Assembly (NCBI GenBank): GCA_963808235.1
Contig: CAWEEQ010000004.1
Coordinates: 2,619,611 to 2,683,610, forward strand
From: an uncultured delta proteobacterium
GTDB lineage: Bacteria > Desulfobacterota > Binatia > Binatales > Binataceae
Length of the DNA stretch: 64,000 nt
Reading direction: 5' to 3'
Shown here: positions 36,669 to 45,169 of the stretch, piece after piece
Position numbering within the stretch: position 1 is the first letter of the stretch
How the letters are laid out: every line of letters begins with the position of its first letter
Notes under the pieces: generated by a model
Told to the model about the DNA's origin: nothing
The model's input: only the letters and a program-made list of their open reading frames with translations
Database searches by the model: none
Made by a program: the position numbers and the translations under genes

Positions 36669-37531
36669 TCGAACCAGCGGTAATTCTGGCCTGGCCATTG
36701 ATCACGGCCCAGATCGTGATTTTTGGAACTGCGGCTTTTGCGCTGATGACATCACCTGGCGAGGTCCCGGGCGGCGATGGACCGACCCACGCCCTCATCG
36801 TGCTATGGCGCGGACTGGCGCTTGCGATTCTTGCAATTTCGCCGGTGAGGTTCCTGGCCGTGGCGGCCGGCATGGCCGACACTACGTTGAAGGAAGCCAT
36901 TCCATTTGTGCCGCAGATAATGCGCGAAACATTCGCCGGGCGGGTGTGGGCATGGCGACTCGGCGTCGACGCGATTCTGGCGATTGCGGCGTGGCTTCCA
37001 GCGCGTCGGAAGCTCCCGGTTCTGATCTCCGCGATTTCGTGCGCACTGCTCCTATTCCAGAGCGTCACGAGTCACGCGGTGGATAGCGGCGCGTACGCGA
37101 TCGCAATTGTATTCATTCATCAGGTTGCCGCGGGCTTGTGGATCGGAGCGCTGGTAACCTTGCTGGTTGGAGCAACCTTCGGCCGCGCGGGCGCCGAGTG
37201 GCTCAAGTGGGCTTCGGGGCGAGTGTCAACGACTGCGGGATGGTCGGTAGCGGCGCTTGCCATCACCGGCGCGATCAGGGCGTGGTACGCGCTCGGACTG
37301 CGCTACGACCTGCTGGTGTATTCGCTCTACGGCCGCACCCTGCTCTGGAAGCTCGCGACCGCGGCAACGGTGATTCTGATCGGCGGATACAACCGCTATC
37401 GCCTGGTGCCGGCAGTGGGCGAAGCGTCGGCGCGCACGACGCTGATTCATAATGTCACCCTGGAATGCCTGCTGCTGGCCGCGGTTCTCGGTTGGTCCGC
37501 GCTGCTGGCCAACACGCCGCCGCCGCATTGA
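36665..37531 (+). CDS. copD: copper resistance protein CopD (8-TM membrane protein)
   Basis: GTG start overlapping the copC stop (GTGA); polytopic; conserved His residues (FQSVTSHAVDSG..FIHQVAAGLW). Confidence 0.8.
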   Translation: MIEPAVILAWPLITAQIVIFGTAAFALMTSPGEVPGGDGPTHALIVLWRGLALAILAISPVRFLAVAAGMADTTLKEAIPFVPQIMRETFAGRVWAWRLGVDAILAIAAWLPARRKLPVLISAISCALLLFQSVTSHAVDSGAYAIAIVFIHQVAAGLWIGALVTLLVGATFGRAGAEWLKWASGRVSTTAGWSVAALAITGAIRAWYALGLRYDLLVYSLYGRTLLWKLATAATVILIGGYNRYRLVPAVGEASARTTLIHNVTLECLLLAAVLGWSALLANTPPPH

Positions 37532-37616
37532 CGAAAGTTTTGCGCCAGGCACCGCGATCGCGATGCCAATGGACATTGAACTCGGGGGACGGTTACTTTA
37601 GAACGGTAACTGCGCT

Positions 37617-37931
37617 ATGAGGCAATTCTTTTCAAAGGCGGACTTGCGGGACCTGAGTTTGGTCATGGCCATAGTGATGCTGTTGGCCAGCATCCCCGTG
37701 ACTGAGGGGTTCGTCGTCGTCTCGAGGCCGAGCGGACCAGAATTGACCGCCAACATTTGCCAGCCGATTCAAATGTTCGACCGCGCGTCGAACACGTTGC
37801 TCGCGCGCCCCGCGGCCGTCGCGCCGGAGGTCGTTCTCTGCGATCTGGGCCCGGCCGCGATAAAGGAGACGGTGCGATTGGTCGACATCAAGATCGCTCC
37901 CGACACTCCGCCCCCAAAGAGCCTCGTCTAA
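37617..37931 (+). CDS. small single-TM protein with C-terminal DTPPPKSL motif (paralog of 34903..35223)
   Basis: LVMAIVMLLASIPVTEGFVVV TM; ICQPIQ; ARPAAVAPE; ends APDTPPPKSLV. Confidence 0.5.
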   Translation: MRQFFSKADLRDLSLVMAIVMLLASIPVTEGFVVVSRPSGPELTANICQPIQMFDRASNTLLARPAAVAPEVVLCDLGPAAIKETVRLVDIKIAPDTPPPKSLV

Positions 37932-38018
37932 GAACTCTCGACAACGTTTCCTCTGATAGCCACGCTGCGAACCTCGCGGCGGAAGGCGTTTTCTCTGAGG
38001 CAAGCGGCGCGCCGCAAG

Positions 38019-39002
38019 GTGTCCGCTGGGAGATGTTCTATGCGACGGAGTTATTGGGTTGCCCTGTTGGCAGGAGCGGCCGTTTTTCTGATCGGCCTGA
38101 CGCCCGATCTGAGCTGGGCCTGCGCTTGTGGATGTGGAGTCTACGAAGTCGGTACCGCAGCGTTGTTTCCGACCGACCACGGCGGAACGGTCTGGTTGGA
38201 GTATGACTACCAGGATCAGTACCTGAACTGGCATGCGACCCAAATCGCCTCAGGGGCCAAGAATGGCGACAAGAGAATCCGGACGCACTTTCTGACTCTC
38301 GGTGGTCAGTACATGTTCAACCGGAGTTGGGGAGTGCAGCTGGAGCTCCCGTACGCGTTTCGCTACTTCAAATCGACCAACGACGCCGGCCAGATTTTCG
38401 GGACCAACTTCAACACCATCGGGGACATCCGTATCCAAGGAATGTACACCGGGCTCTCGGAAGACATGTCGACGGGGCTGATGGCCGGCGCGAAGTTCCC
38501 GAGCGGATGGTGGACTTATCCGCATGCCGATCGAGACACCCAGATTGGCTCGGGGAGCACCGATCTACTGCTCTCGGCTTACCATCTCGGAACGTTTCCA
38601 ACCCATGTTGGGAAGCTGCCGCTGACGTTCAGGGATCGCCCTTTCAACTGGTTTGTGCAGGCGTACGAGGATTTCCCGGTTTTCACGCAAGACCACTATA
38701 CCCCGGGAAGGGAATTCGACTCGGCGCTGGGGGTCTACTACAACTTCGGCACGGTTGGCCCTTTGAAGGAACTCGCGCCGATGCTGACCTTTCTCGCTTC
38801 CGACCGCGCGCGTGACCAAGGCGCCTCTGCCAATCATGAGAACAGCGGCTATACGCGCTTTCTCATTGCTCCTGGAGCCGAGATCAAACTCGGAATCTTG
38901 CGACTATACGGAGACGTCGAGGTCCCGTTTTTTCAAAATATGATTGGTAATCAGATAACCGCGCCGCTCCTGTTCAAGACCATTGTAAGCTACGACTTCT
39001 AG
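38019..39002 (+). CDS. putative outer-membrane beta-barrel protein with CACGCG motif at predicted mature N-terminus
   Basis: Signal peptide ...LTPDLSWA|CACGCGVYEV; alternating-hydrophobic strands; C-terminal ...LLFKTIVSYDF (aromatic terminal residue typical of OMPs). Confidence 0.55.
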   Translation: MSAGRCSMRRSYWVALLAGAAVFLIGLTPDLSWACACGCGVYEVGTAALFPTDHGGTVWLEYDYQDQYLNWHATQIASGAKNGDKRIRTHFLTLGGQYMFNRSWGVQLELPYAFRYFKSTNDAGQIFGTNFNTIGDIRIQGMYTGLSEDMSTGLMAGAKFPSGWWTYPHADRDTQIGSGSTDLLLSAYHLGTFPTHVGKLPLTFRDRPFNWFVQAYEDFPVFTQDHYTPGREFDSALGVYYNFGTVGPLKELAPMLTFLASDRARDQGASANHENSGYTRFLIAPGAEIKLGILRLYGDVEVPFFQNMIGNQITAPLLFKTIVSYDF

Positions 39003-39011
39003 GAGCATCAG

Positions 39012-39545
39012 ATGCGCTCAAAAATGTCCTGGTTCGCCGCAGTTGTTGCCGGGATCCTTGCGTTTGCCGGTTCCAGCACTTTCGCGCGCGCGGCCACCGA
39101 TGTCGGTCAGCCCGCGCCCGCGCTGGTCGTGCCGGAACTGGACGGCCAGGCGTTTGACCTAAGTGCGATGCGCGGGAAGGTCGTAATCGTCAATTTCTGG
39201 GCCACCTGGTGTCCTCCCTGCCGCGAGGAGATGCCGGCCCTCGACAGTTTCTATCGGCGCTATCATGGTCAGGGGCTTGAAATGATCGGTCTCAGCTCCG
39301 ACCGCCCGCACAATCGGTCCGACGTGACCAAGGTCATGCAATCATTCAGCTATCCGGCGGCGATGCTGGATGACGCCAAGGTCAACGAGTTCGGCACATC
39401 CAGCGTTCTGCCGATCACCGTCATCGTGGATAGAAATGGCGTGGTGCGCGCGAAGCTTACCCCCGATCAAACCCCGGTTACCGAGAAGAGTCTATCCGAC
39501 GCGGTGCTACCGCTGCTGGCGCAAAGTTCGGCGGCGAATCCTTAG
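39012..39545 (+). CDS. TlpA/ResA-family thiol-disulfide oxidoreductase
   Basis: Signal peptide; VVIVNFWATWCPPCREEMP (WCxxC). Confidence 0.8.
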   Translation: MRSKMSWFAAVVAGILAFAGSSTFARAATDVGQPAPALVVPELDGQAFDLSAMRGKVVIVNFWATWCPPCREEMPALDSFYRRYHGQGLEMIGLSSDRPHNRSDVTKVMQSFSYPAAMLDDAKVNEFGTSSVLPITVIVDRNGVVRAKLTPDQTPVTEKSLSDAVLPLLAQSSAANP

Positions 39546-39552
39546 GCTCCCA

Positions 39553-39882
39553 ATGAAGACCTTCGCCTTACTCGCGATCATTCTGATGGCTGGATGCTCA
39601 GCCGCGAACACTCACACCGGTGATATGGATCCGAGGCTCGCTGACCTGGAAGCACAGAGGCAGACGATCGCCGGGCGCGAGAAAAAGTGCATCGACGAAA
39701 CGCAGGCGCGTAGCCATGATCAAGTGGAGCGCGATCGGGAAGTTTTGGAATGCCACGCGACGGCGCATCACGAAAACGCCGAAATCTCCGAGCAAGAGCG
39801 CAAAGAATATGAGCTTCAGGCGCAGGAGGAGAGGCATCGTGCTTCCCTTATGGCGATTCTTACGACCTCTCAGCCACGCTGA
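39553..39882 (+). CDS. small lipoprotein, charged/coiled, Cys-His-rich (hypothetical)
   Basis: Lipobox LMAGCSA; KKCIDE...LECHATAHHENAE. Visibly lower GC than the neighbours. Confidence 0.45.
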   Translation: MKTFALLAIILMAGCSAANTHTGDMDPRLADLEAQRQTIAGREKKCIDETQARSHDQVERDREVLECHATAHHENAEISEQERKEYELQAQEERHRASLMAILTTSQPR

Positions 39883-39887
39883 GGACT

Positions 39888-40529
39888 ATGAATGGAAGTA
39901 GAATGGATTCGAGTCGAACTGCAGCCGATCTTGTTCATATGACTTCAACAGTGTCGATCGCCAGTACTGATTCGGCGCGCATCCCACAGGGAGGGGGTCT
40001 CGGAATGCAGGTTCTGCGCGATCTCGGTGGGGTCGCGCTGCTCGCAATCGCGTCGCTCGCGGCTGGACTCGTGATTAACCGGTTTTCACACGGCCCGCTT
40101 CCAGTCGTGTATCAGACGCCAGAGGAGCGGTTCGATGCCGAGCTGACGACTCTGGTCGCGGCGCCGCCGTTTAAGATCGCGCCCGCGGCAACGGTCGGAC
40201 TCGATGAATTCCGCAAGGCCGTCGAAAGCAAGAGTGCGCTCATCCTGGATGCGCGCCCGTCCGTGTTCTTCGAACAGGGACACGTCCCGGGGGCGCTCAA
40301 TCTCGCGCGAGACGACTTCGCGCGCGACTATCGGAACTTGGCTGGCGTGCTGCAGGCCGCCCATGACAAACCGATCGTCGTGTATTGCTCCGGTGGCGAC
40401 TGTCATGACAGCCGGCTGGTTGCGAACGCGCTGCTGAGTCTCGGCATCAACAATGTGACGATCTTCACCGGGGGTTGGAATGAGTGGTCGGCGGCCGGAC
40501 TGCCGGCATCGACGGGGAGCGGACCATGA
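39888..40529 (+). CDS. membrane-anchored rhodanese-domain sulfurtransferase
   Basis: ALILDARPSVFFEQGHVPGALNL ... PIVVYCSGGDCHDS (active-site Cys loop) ... GGWNEW. The true start may be internal. Confidence 0.75.
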   Translation: MNGSRMDSSRTAADLVHMTSTVSIASTDSARIPQGGGLGMQVLRDLGGVALLAIASLAAGLVINRFSHGPLPVVYQTPEERFDAELTTLVAAPPFKIAPAATVGLDEFRKAVESKSALILDARPSVFFEQGHVPGALNLARDDFARDYRNLAGVLQAAHDKPIVVYCSGGDCHDSRLVANALLSLGINNVTIFTGGWNEWSAAGLPASTGSGP

Positions 40530-41014
40530 TGACGCTCGACAGCTCGCGCCGCTACGTCGTGTTGGCGATCAGCGCGGTGCTGGCCGGCGTGTTCATCTAC
40601 GCGGGCATCGATAAGATTCGCGACCCGCTGCAGTTTGCGGATAGTATCGCGGCATTCGCGATCCTGCCGGTCGTGTTGATCAACCTGCCTGCGATCGGGT
40701 TGCCACCATTCGAGATAGGTTGCGCGCTCCTGTTGCTTCCGCCGGCGACCAGGCGGATCGGTGCGCTCGCCGTGGCTCTTCTGTCCGTCGTTTTCATGAT
40801 CGCCCTGTCGTCCGCACTGCGTCGAGGTCTCACGCTCGACTGCGGATGTTTCGGGACCGGCGCGCCGTCGCGGCCGAGAATGTGGTTGGAGCTGGCGCTG
40901 GACGCAGGTTTGTTCGCGGGCGCGGTGTTCGTCTATTTGAGCTCGATCGCCCGCCTCTCCGCGCGGACGCCGTCTCTCTCTTCTTCACCGCAGCCTCAGG
41001 TTACAAACGAGTGA
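40526..41014 (+). CDS. MauE/DoxX-family redox-associated membrane protein
   Basis: 4 TM; LDCGCFGTG motif typical of MauE; ATGATGA overlap with the rhodanese gene. Confidence 0.7.
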   Translation: MMTLDSSRRYVVLAISAVLAGVFIYAGIDKIRDPLQFADSIAAFAILPVVLINLPAIGLPPFEIGCALLLLPPATRRIGALAVALLSVVFMIALSSALRRGLTLDCGCFGTGAPSRPRMWLELALDAGLFAGAVFVYLSSIARLSARTPSLSSSPQPQVTNE

Positions 41015-41044
41015 CCGGCGACAACAACAATCCAAATATCAGGA

Positions 41045-41656
41045 ATGGATGCAAATATGAGTATTCATCGTAGTCTCAGATCTCTAGCTATCGTCGCAGC
41101 AATAACGTCGAGCCTGCTCGCGGTGACTGGATGCCATCGCGGCGCCGCCGCGGATGACGCGGCCGCCTCGAACTGCCTCACGGACACCAGCCTCATCGAT
41201 CAGAATGGCGACAAGGTCTCGCTCGCGTCGCTCAAGGGCAAGCCGCTGGTGGTGGATTTCATCTATACGTCGTGTCCGGGGCCGTGCCTGATGGAGACGG
41301 CGAAGCTGGCCAACGTCGCGCTTCGATTGGGAAGCGATCTCGGTTCAAAGGTCATGATCGTTTCGATCAGCGTCGATCCCGAGCATGACGGGCCCAAACA
41401 ATTGCTCGCTTACTCGCGTCAGCAGGGCGCGGACGAGAAGGGCTGGTATTTCCTGACCGGAGGTCCCGGCGACGTCGACAAAGCGCTGGCGGGTTTCAAG
41501 CTCAGCAGGCAAATCGAACCCGATGGCTCGGTCGGGCACCTGGTCGATATGATGCTTATCGGACCCGACGGGCGGCTGGTTCATGAATACAACGGCGAAG
41601 TCGTAAAAGCTCAGACTATCGTCGATGATGTCAGGAAGACCCTGAACAAGAGTTGA
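41045..41656 (+). CDS. SCO1/SenC family copper chaperone (second paralog; lipoprotein)
   Basis: Lipobox LAVTGC; LKGKPLVVDFIYTSCPGPCL (CxxxC); SVDPEHD; about 50% identical to 34288..34899. Confidence 0.85.
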   Translation: MDANMSIHRSLRSLAIVAAITSSLLAVTGCHRGAAADDAAASNCLTDTSLIDQNGDKVSLASLKGKPLVVDFIYTSCPGPCLMETAKLANVALRLGSDLGSKVMIVSISVDPEHDGPKQLLAYSRQQGADEKGWYFLTGGPGDVDKALAGFKLSRQIEPDGSVGHLVDMMLIGPDGRLVHEYNGEVVKAQTIVDDVRKTLNKS

Positions 41657-41666
41657 AGGGTGCAGC

Positions 41667-42131
41667 ATGAGACGAGCAATCATTTTCGGATCTTCGCTCG
41701 CGACGATTCTGGCGCTGGCATATTTGTGGCCGATGGTCGCTGGTTCGTCGGCGCAGAGCGGCGGTCCTCGCGGAGCGATGTGCGTCGCGGGCCATTGCTG
41801 CTGCTCGGGACGCGCAGAGGCGCAGACCGTCGCGGCTAACGAATCACAAGGCGCTCCGACGCTCGATCCAAAGCAGTTCGTGGGTCCGGTAAGAGAGGCG
41901 TACACATTTGCGGGGAAGGATCCCGCGCTGCTGGCGCAACTGCATTGCTACTGCGGATGCGACAAGGCGTTCGGTCATCAGAGCCTGCTCGATTGCTATC
42001 GCGGCACCCATGGAGCGACGTGCGAGGTCTGCACTCAGGAGGCGTTGCTGGCGAAGCGCATGTCGGAGCAAGGTTCGCCGGTCGATGAGATACGCAACGC
42101 GATTCGCAGAAACTTCGCGCCCGACAATTGA
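41667..42131 (+). CDS. PCYCGC-motif protein (Cys-rich, secreted)
   Basis: Signal peptide; GHCCCSG; LHCYCGCDKAFGHQSLLDCYRGTHGATCEVC matches the PCYCGC family signature. Confidence 0.6.
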   Translation: MRRAIIFGSSLATILALAYLWPMVAGSSAQSGGPRGAMCVAGHCCCSGRAEAQTVAANESQGAPTLDPKQFVGPVREAYTFAGKDPALLAQLHCYCGCDKAFGHQSLLDCYRGTHGATCEVCTQEALLAKRMSEQGSPVDEIRNAIRRNFAPDN

Positions 42132-42257
42132 GTTGCGGGGGACAACCTATTTGCGACGTCGTGCTTTTCAATCACAATCGCTTCGATGCGATTGAATGCC
42201 GAAGCACAGCGACCGCCAGGTGACCGCCTGAAGGAAACCGAACGCCGACGCCGAATC

Positions 42258-43373
42258 ATGATCGTGGCGGGCGAGGCGTCGGGCGACCTTCATGGCGGCG
42301 ACCTGGCGCGCGAGATCGCGGCGCGCAATCCGGGCTGCGAACTGTTCGGAATAGCCGGCGAGAAGATGCGCGCGGCGGGAGTGCGAGCGCTGGTCAGGAT
42401 GGAGGATATCCACGGGCTCGGACTCTCCGAACTCGCCTCGACGATCGGACGCACGGTTTCCGCGTTTCGCGAGCTGCGGAGGATCATCAAGCGCGACAAG
42501 CCCGACCTCGTGATCCTGATCGATTACGCCGAATTCAACCTGATTCTCTCCGGCACCGCCCGGCGCGCGGGCGTGCCAGTGCTCTATTACATCACGCCGC
42601 AGGTGTGGGCGTGGCGGCGCGGGCGCGTCGACAAGCTGGTCGATCGCGCGGACCGTCTCGCGGTGGTGCTGCCATTCGAGAAGGAGCTGTTTCATCGCGC
42701 GGGCGAGCGGGTTTCATTCGTCGGGCATCCTTTGCTTGACCGCGTCGCGAAGGTGTCGAGTCGCGCGGAGACGTTGAAGCTTCACGGATTTTCACCAGGA
42801 GCACGACTGATCGCGATTCTGCCCGGGAGCCGCCGCGCGGAAGTTCGCTACCTGCTGAAGCCGATGGTGGAGGCGGCGCGGATCATTGCGCGCGACAATA
42901 ACCTGGAAGTAGCGCTCGCGCTCGCGCCGACGCTGACCCGCGACGAACTTGCCGCGGTCGGGCGCGCAGATCTCGCCGGAGTGCGAATTGTCGAGAACGA
43001 TACGTATAGTATTGTCGCCGCGAGCCAGCTTGCGCTGGTGGCGTCGGGGACTGCCACGCTCGAGACGGCGCTGCTCGGATGCCCCGAGGTGATCGCTTAC
43101 AAAGTCTCGCCACTTACCTATATTCTAGGGCGGATGCTTGTGACCGGAGTGGATTTTATCGGGATGCCGAACATATTGGCGGGCCAGCAAATTGTGCCGG
43201 AACTGATCCAGGGCGAGGTGACCGTGGAAAACCTCGTGCGGGCCGCCGAGCCGCTGCTCAGCGATACGATTCGCGCCGAAACAGTAACGGCGCTCGGCGC
43301 GCTGCGTGACAAGCTGGGCGCTCCGGGAGCCGCCGGCCGCGTCGCCGAAATTGCGCTGAGCATGATCGCATGA
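42258..43373 (+). CDS. lpxB: lipid-A-disaccharide synthase LpxB
   Basis: IMIVAGEASGDLHGG...PDLVILIDYAEFNL...YYITPQVWAWR. Start set at MIVAGE (42258). Confidence 0.85.
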   Translation: MIVAGEASGDLHGGDLAREIAARNPGCELFGIAGEKMRAAGVRALVRMEDIHGLGLSELASTIGRTVSAFRELRRIIKRDKPDLVILIDYAEFNLILSGTARRAGVPVLYYITPQVWAWRRGRVDKLVDRADRLAVVLPFEKELFHRAGERVSFVGHPLLDRVAKVSSRAETLKLHGFSPGARLIAILPGSRRAEVRYLLKPMVEAARIIARDNNLEVALALAPTLTRDELAAVGRADLAGVRIVENDTYSIVAASQLALVASGTATLETALLGCPEVIAYKVSPLTYILGRMLVTGVDFIGMPNILAGQQIVPELIQGEVTVENLVRAAEPLLSDTIRAETVTALGALRDKLGAPGAAGRVAEIALSMIA

Positions 43374-45163
43374 AGATGCTCACCCCATTGCAATTGCGCA
43401 TGCTCGGATACCTCCGCCGGTACATGTTTCCCTACGTGGTATTGCTTGCAATCGCGATGCTCACGCTGTCAGCGGCTACCGGGGGCGTGCCGGTGCTGGT
43501 ACGGATGGTGGTCGATCTCGGGACCAGTCTCGGCGTTTCGCATCGTCTCGATAGGCACGGCGCCTTCATGCTGCGGGAATACTCGCTGGTGCTGGCGGGA
43601 CTATTTTTGCTCCGCGCGATCGCCAATTTCTCCGATGACTATTTGAGCGCCTACATCGCCCAGAAGGTCACGATGGATCTTCGCGCCGATCTCAACGAAA
43701 GCCTGCAACGCCAATCGCTCAGCTTTTTCAATCGCACCCCGACTGGAGTGATGGTTTCACGCGTGATCAATGATGTGAACCTCGTCACGCAAGCCATCAC
43801 CAACGGAGTATTTTCCGTCTTCGGCGGCGGCGCGTCGCTGATAGTGCTTCTCGTGGTCGCATTCAAGCTCGATTGGCGGCTGGCGATTGTCGCCTTTATC
43901 GGTTTCCCAATCGTCGTCATTCCGATCGTAAGTCTTTCCAAGAAAGTGCGCCGCGAGACCAAGAATTCACAGAAGCAAATGAGCGGCCTGCAATCGCTGC
44001 TGCACGAAACCTTCCAGGGAAACCGCGTCGTCAAGGCGTTCGGGATGGAAGATTACGAGCGCAAGCGATTCAACCGCGAGCTGAAGCGCCTGTTTCGAAT
44101 CTACCTGCGCGTCGCGCGAATCAAAGCGTTTACCGGTCCGCTGATCGAGGCGATGGGGGCGTTCGCGGTCGTGGCGGTCGTATGGTGGGCGATGGGCTCG
44201 CTGCAATCGGGCGCGCGCACGCTCGGTCAATTCGCCGGTTTTTTCACGGTGATGATCCTGGTGTACCCGCCCTTCAAGAGCGTCAGCAAGACCAACAACA
44301 CCATCCAGCAGGGGCTCGCCGCCGCCGAGCGCGTCTTCGAAATGATGGATCATCCGAGCGATGTGCCCGACAATCCCGATGCGACGGAGCTAGCGCACGG
44401 CCCGCATAGCATCGCGTTCGAAAACGTGAGTTTCAGATACGGCGAGGAATGGGTGCTGCGCGATATCAACCTCGAGATTGGCGCGGGCAAGGTGGTGGCG
44501 CTGGTCGGGATGAGCGGTGGCGGCAAATCCACGATCGCGGACCTGATTCCGCGCTTCTATGACGTTCAGAAAGGGCGCGTAACGATCGACGGAATCGACG
44601 TGCGCAACCTGAAAATTGCATCGCTACGCGCGGAAATCGGCCTGGTCACTCAGCATACGTTTCTCTTCGACGACACGATTCGCGACAACATCGCGTACGG
44701 CAGCGGCGACCGGAAACTCGATCGGCTGAGCGCGGCCGCCAAGCTCGCCAACGCGCACGACTTCATCTCACGGCTGCCGGCGGGCTACGAGACGATGGTC
44801 GGTGAGCTGGGCGTTCGCATGTCGGGCGGCGAGCGCCAGCGTATCGCGATCGCGCGCGCACTCTTGAAGGACGCACCGATCCTGATTCTCGACGAAGCGA
44901 CTTCTTCACTCGACTCGGAGTCAGAACGATCGGTGCAGGAGGCGCTCGAGCATCTGATGGCGAATCGAACCACGCTGGTGATTGCGCATCGCTTGTCCAC
45001 CGTGCGCCGCGCGGATCGAATTGTAGTGATCGTCCACGGTCGAATCGTCGAAGAGGGAACTCACGACGAGCTGTTCGCGCGGGGCCGCGAATATCGCAAA
45101 CTTTACGATCTCCAGTTCATGTCGCCCGAGGATCTCGCCGGCAACGGCGGACTCGTCAACTGA
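43370..45163 (+). CDS. msbA: lipid A export ABC transporter permease/ATPase MsbA
   Basis: 6-TM exporter domain + NBD (GMSGGGKST, LSGGERQRIAIARAL, ILILDEATSSLD). 4-nt overlap with lpxB. Confidence 0.85.
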   Translation: MKMLTPLQLRMLGYLRRYMFPYVVLLAIAMLTLSAATGGVPVLVRMVVDLGTSLGVSHRLDRHGAFMLREYSLVLAGLFLLRAIANFSDDYLSAYIAQKVTMDLRADLNESLQRQSLSFFNRTPTGVMVSRVINDVNLVTQAITNGVFSVFGGGASLIVLLVVAFKLDWRLAIVAFIGFPIVVIPIVSLSKKVRRETKNSQKQMSGLQSLLHETFQGNRVVKAFGMEDYERKRFNRELKRLFRIYLRVARIKAFTGPLIEAMGAFAVVAVVWWAMGSLQSGARTLGQFAGFFTVMILVYPPFKSVSKTNNTIQQGLAAAERVFEMMDHPSDVPDNPDATELAHGPHSIAFENVSFRYGEEWVLRDINLEIGAGKVVALVGMSGGGKSTIADLIPRFYDVQKGRVTIDGIDVRNLKIASLRAEIGLVTQHTFLFDDTIRDNIAYGSGDRKLDRLSAAAKLANAHDFISRLPAGYETMVGELGVRMSGGERQRIAIARALLKDAPILILDEATSSLDSESERSVQEALEHLMANRTTLVIAHRLSTVRRADRIVVIVHGRIVEEGTHDELFARGREYRKLYDLQFMSPEDLAGNGGLVN

Positions 45164-45169
45164 GATGCC

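Noticed and set aside
42131-42257. Inverted repeat caatcgc-ttcgat-gcgattg as a terminator after the PCYCGC gene
   Set aside because: Short 7-bp stem with no U-tract, and it lies inside the extended lpxB ORF leader. Too weak to call.
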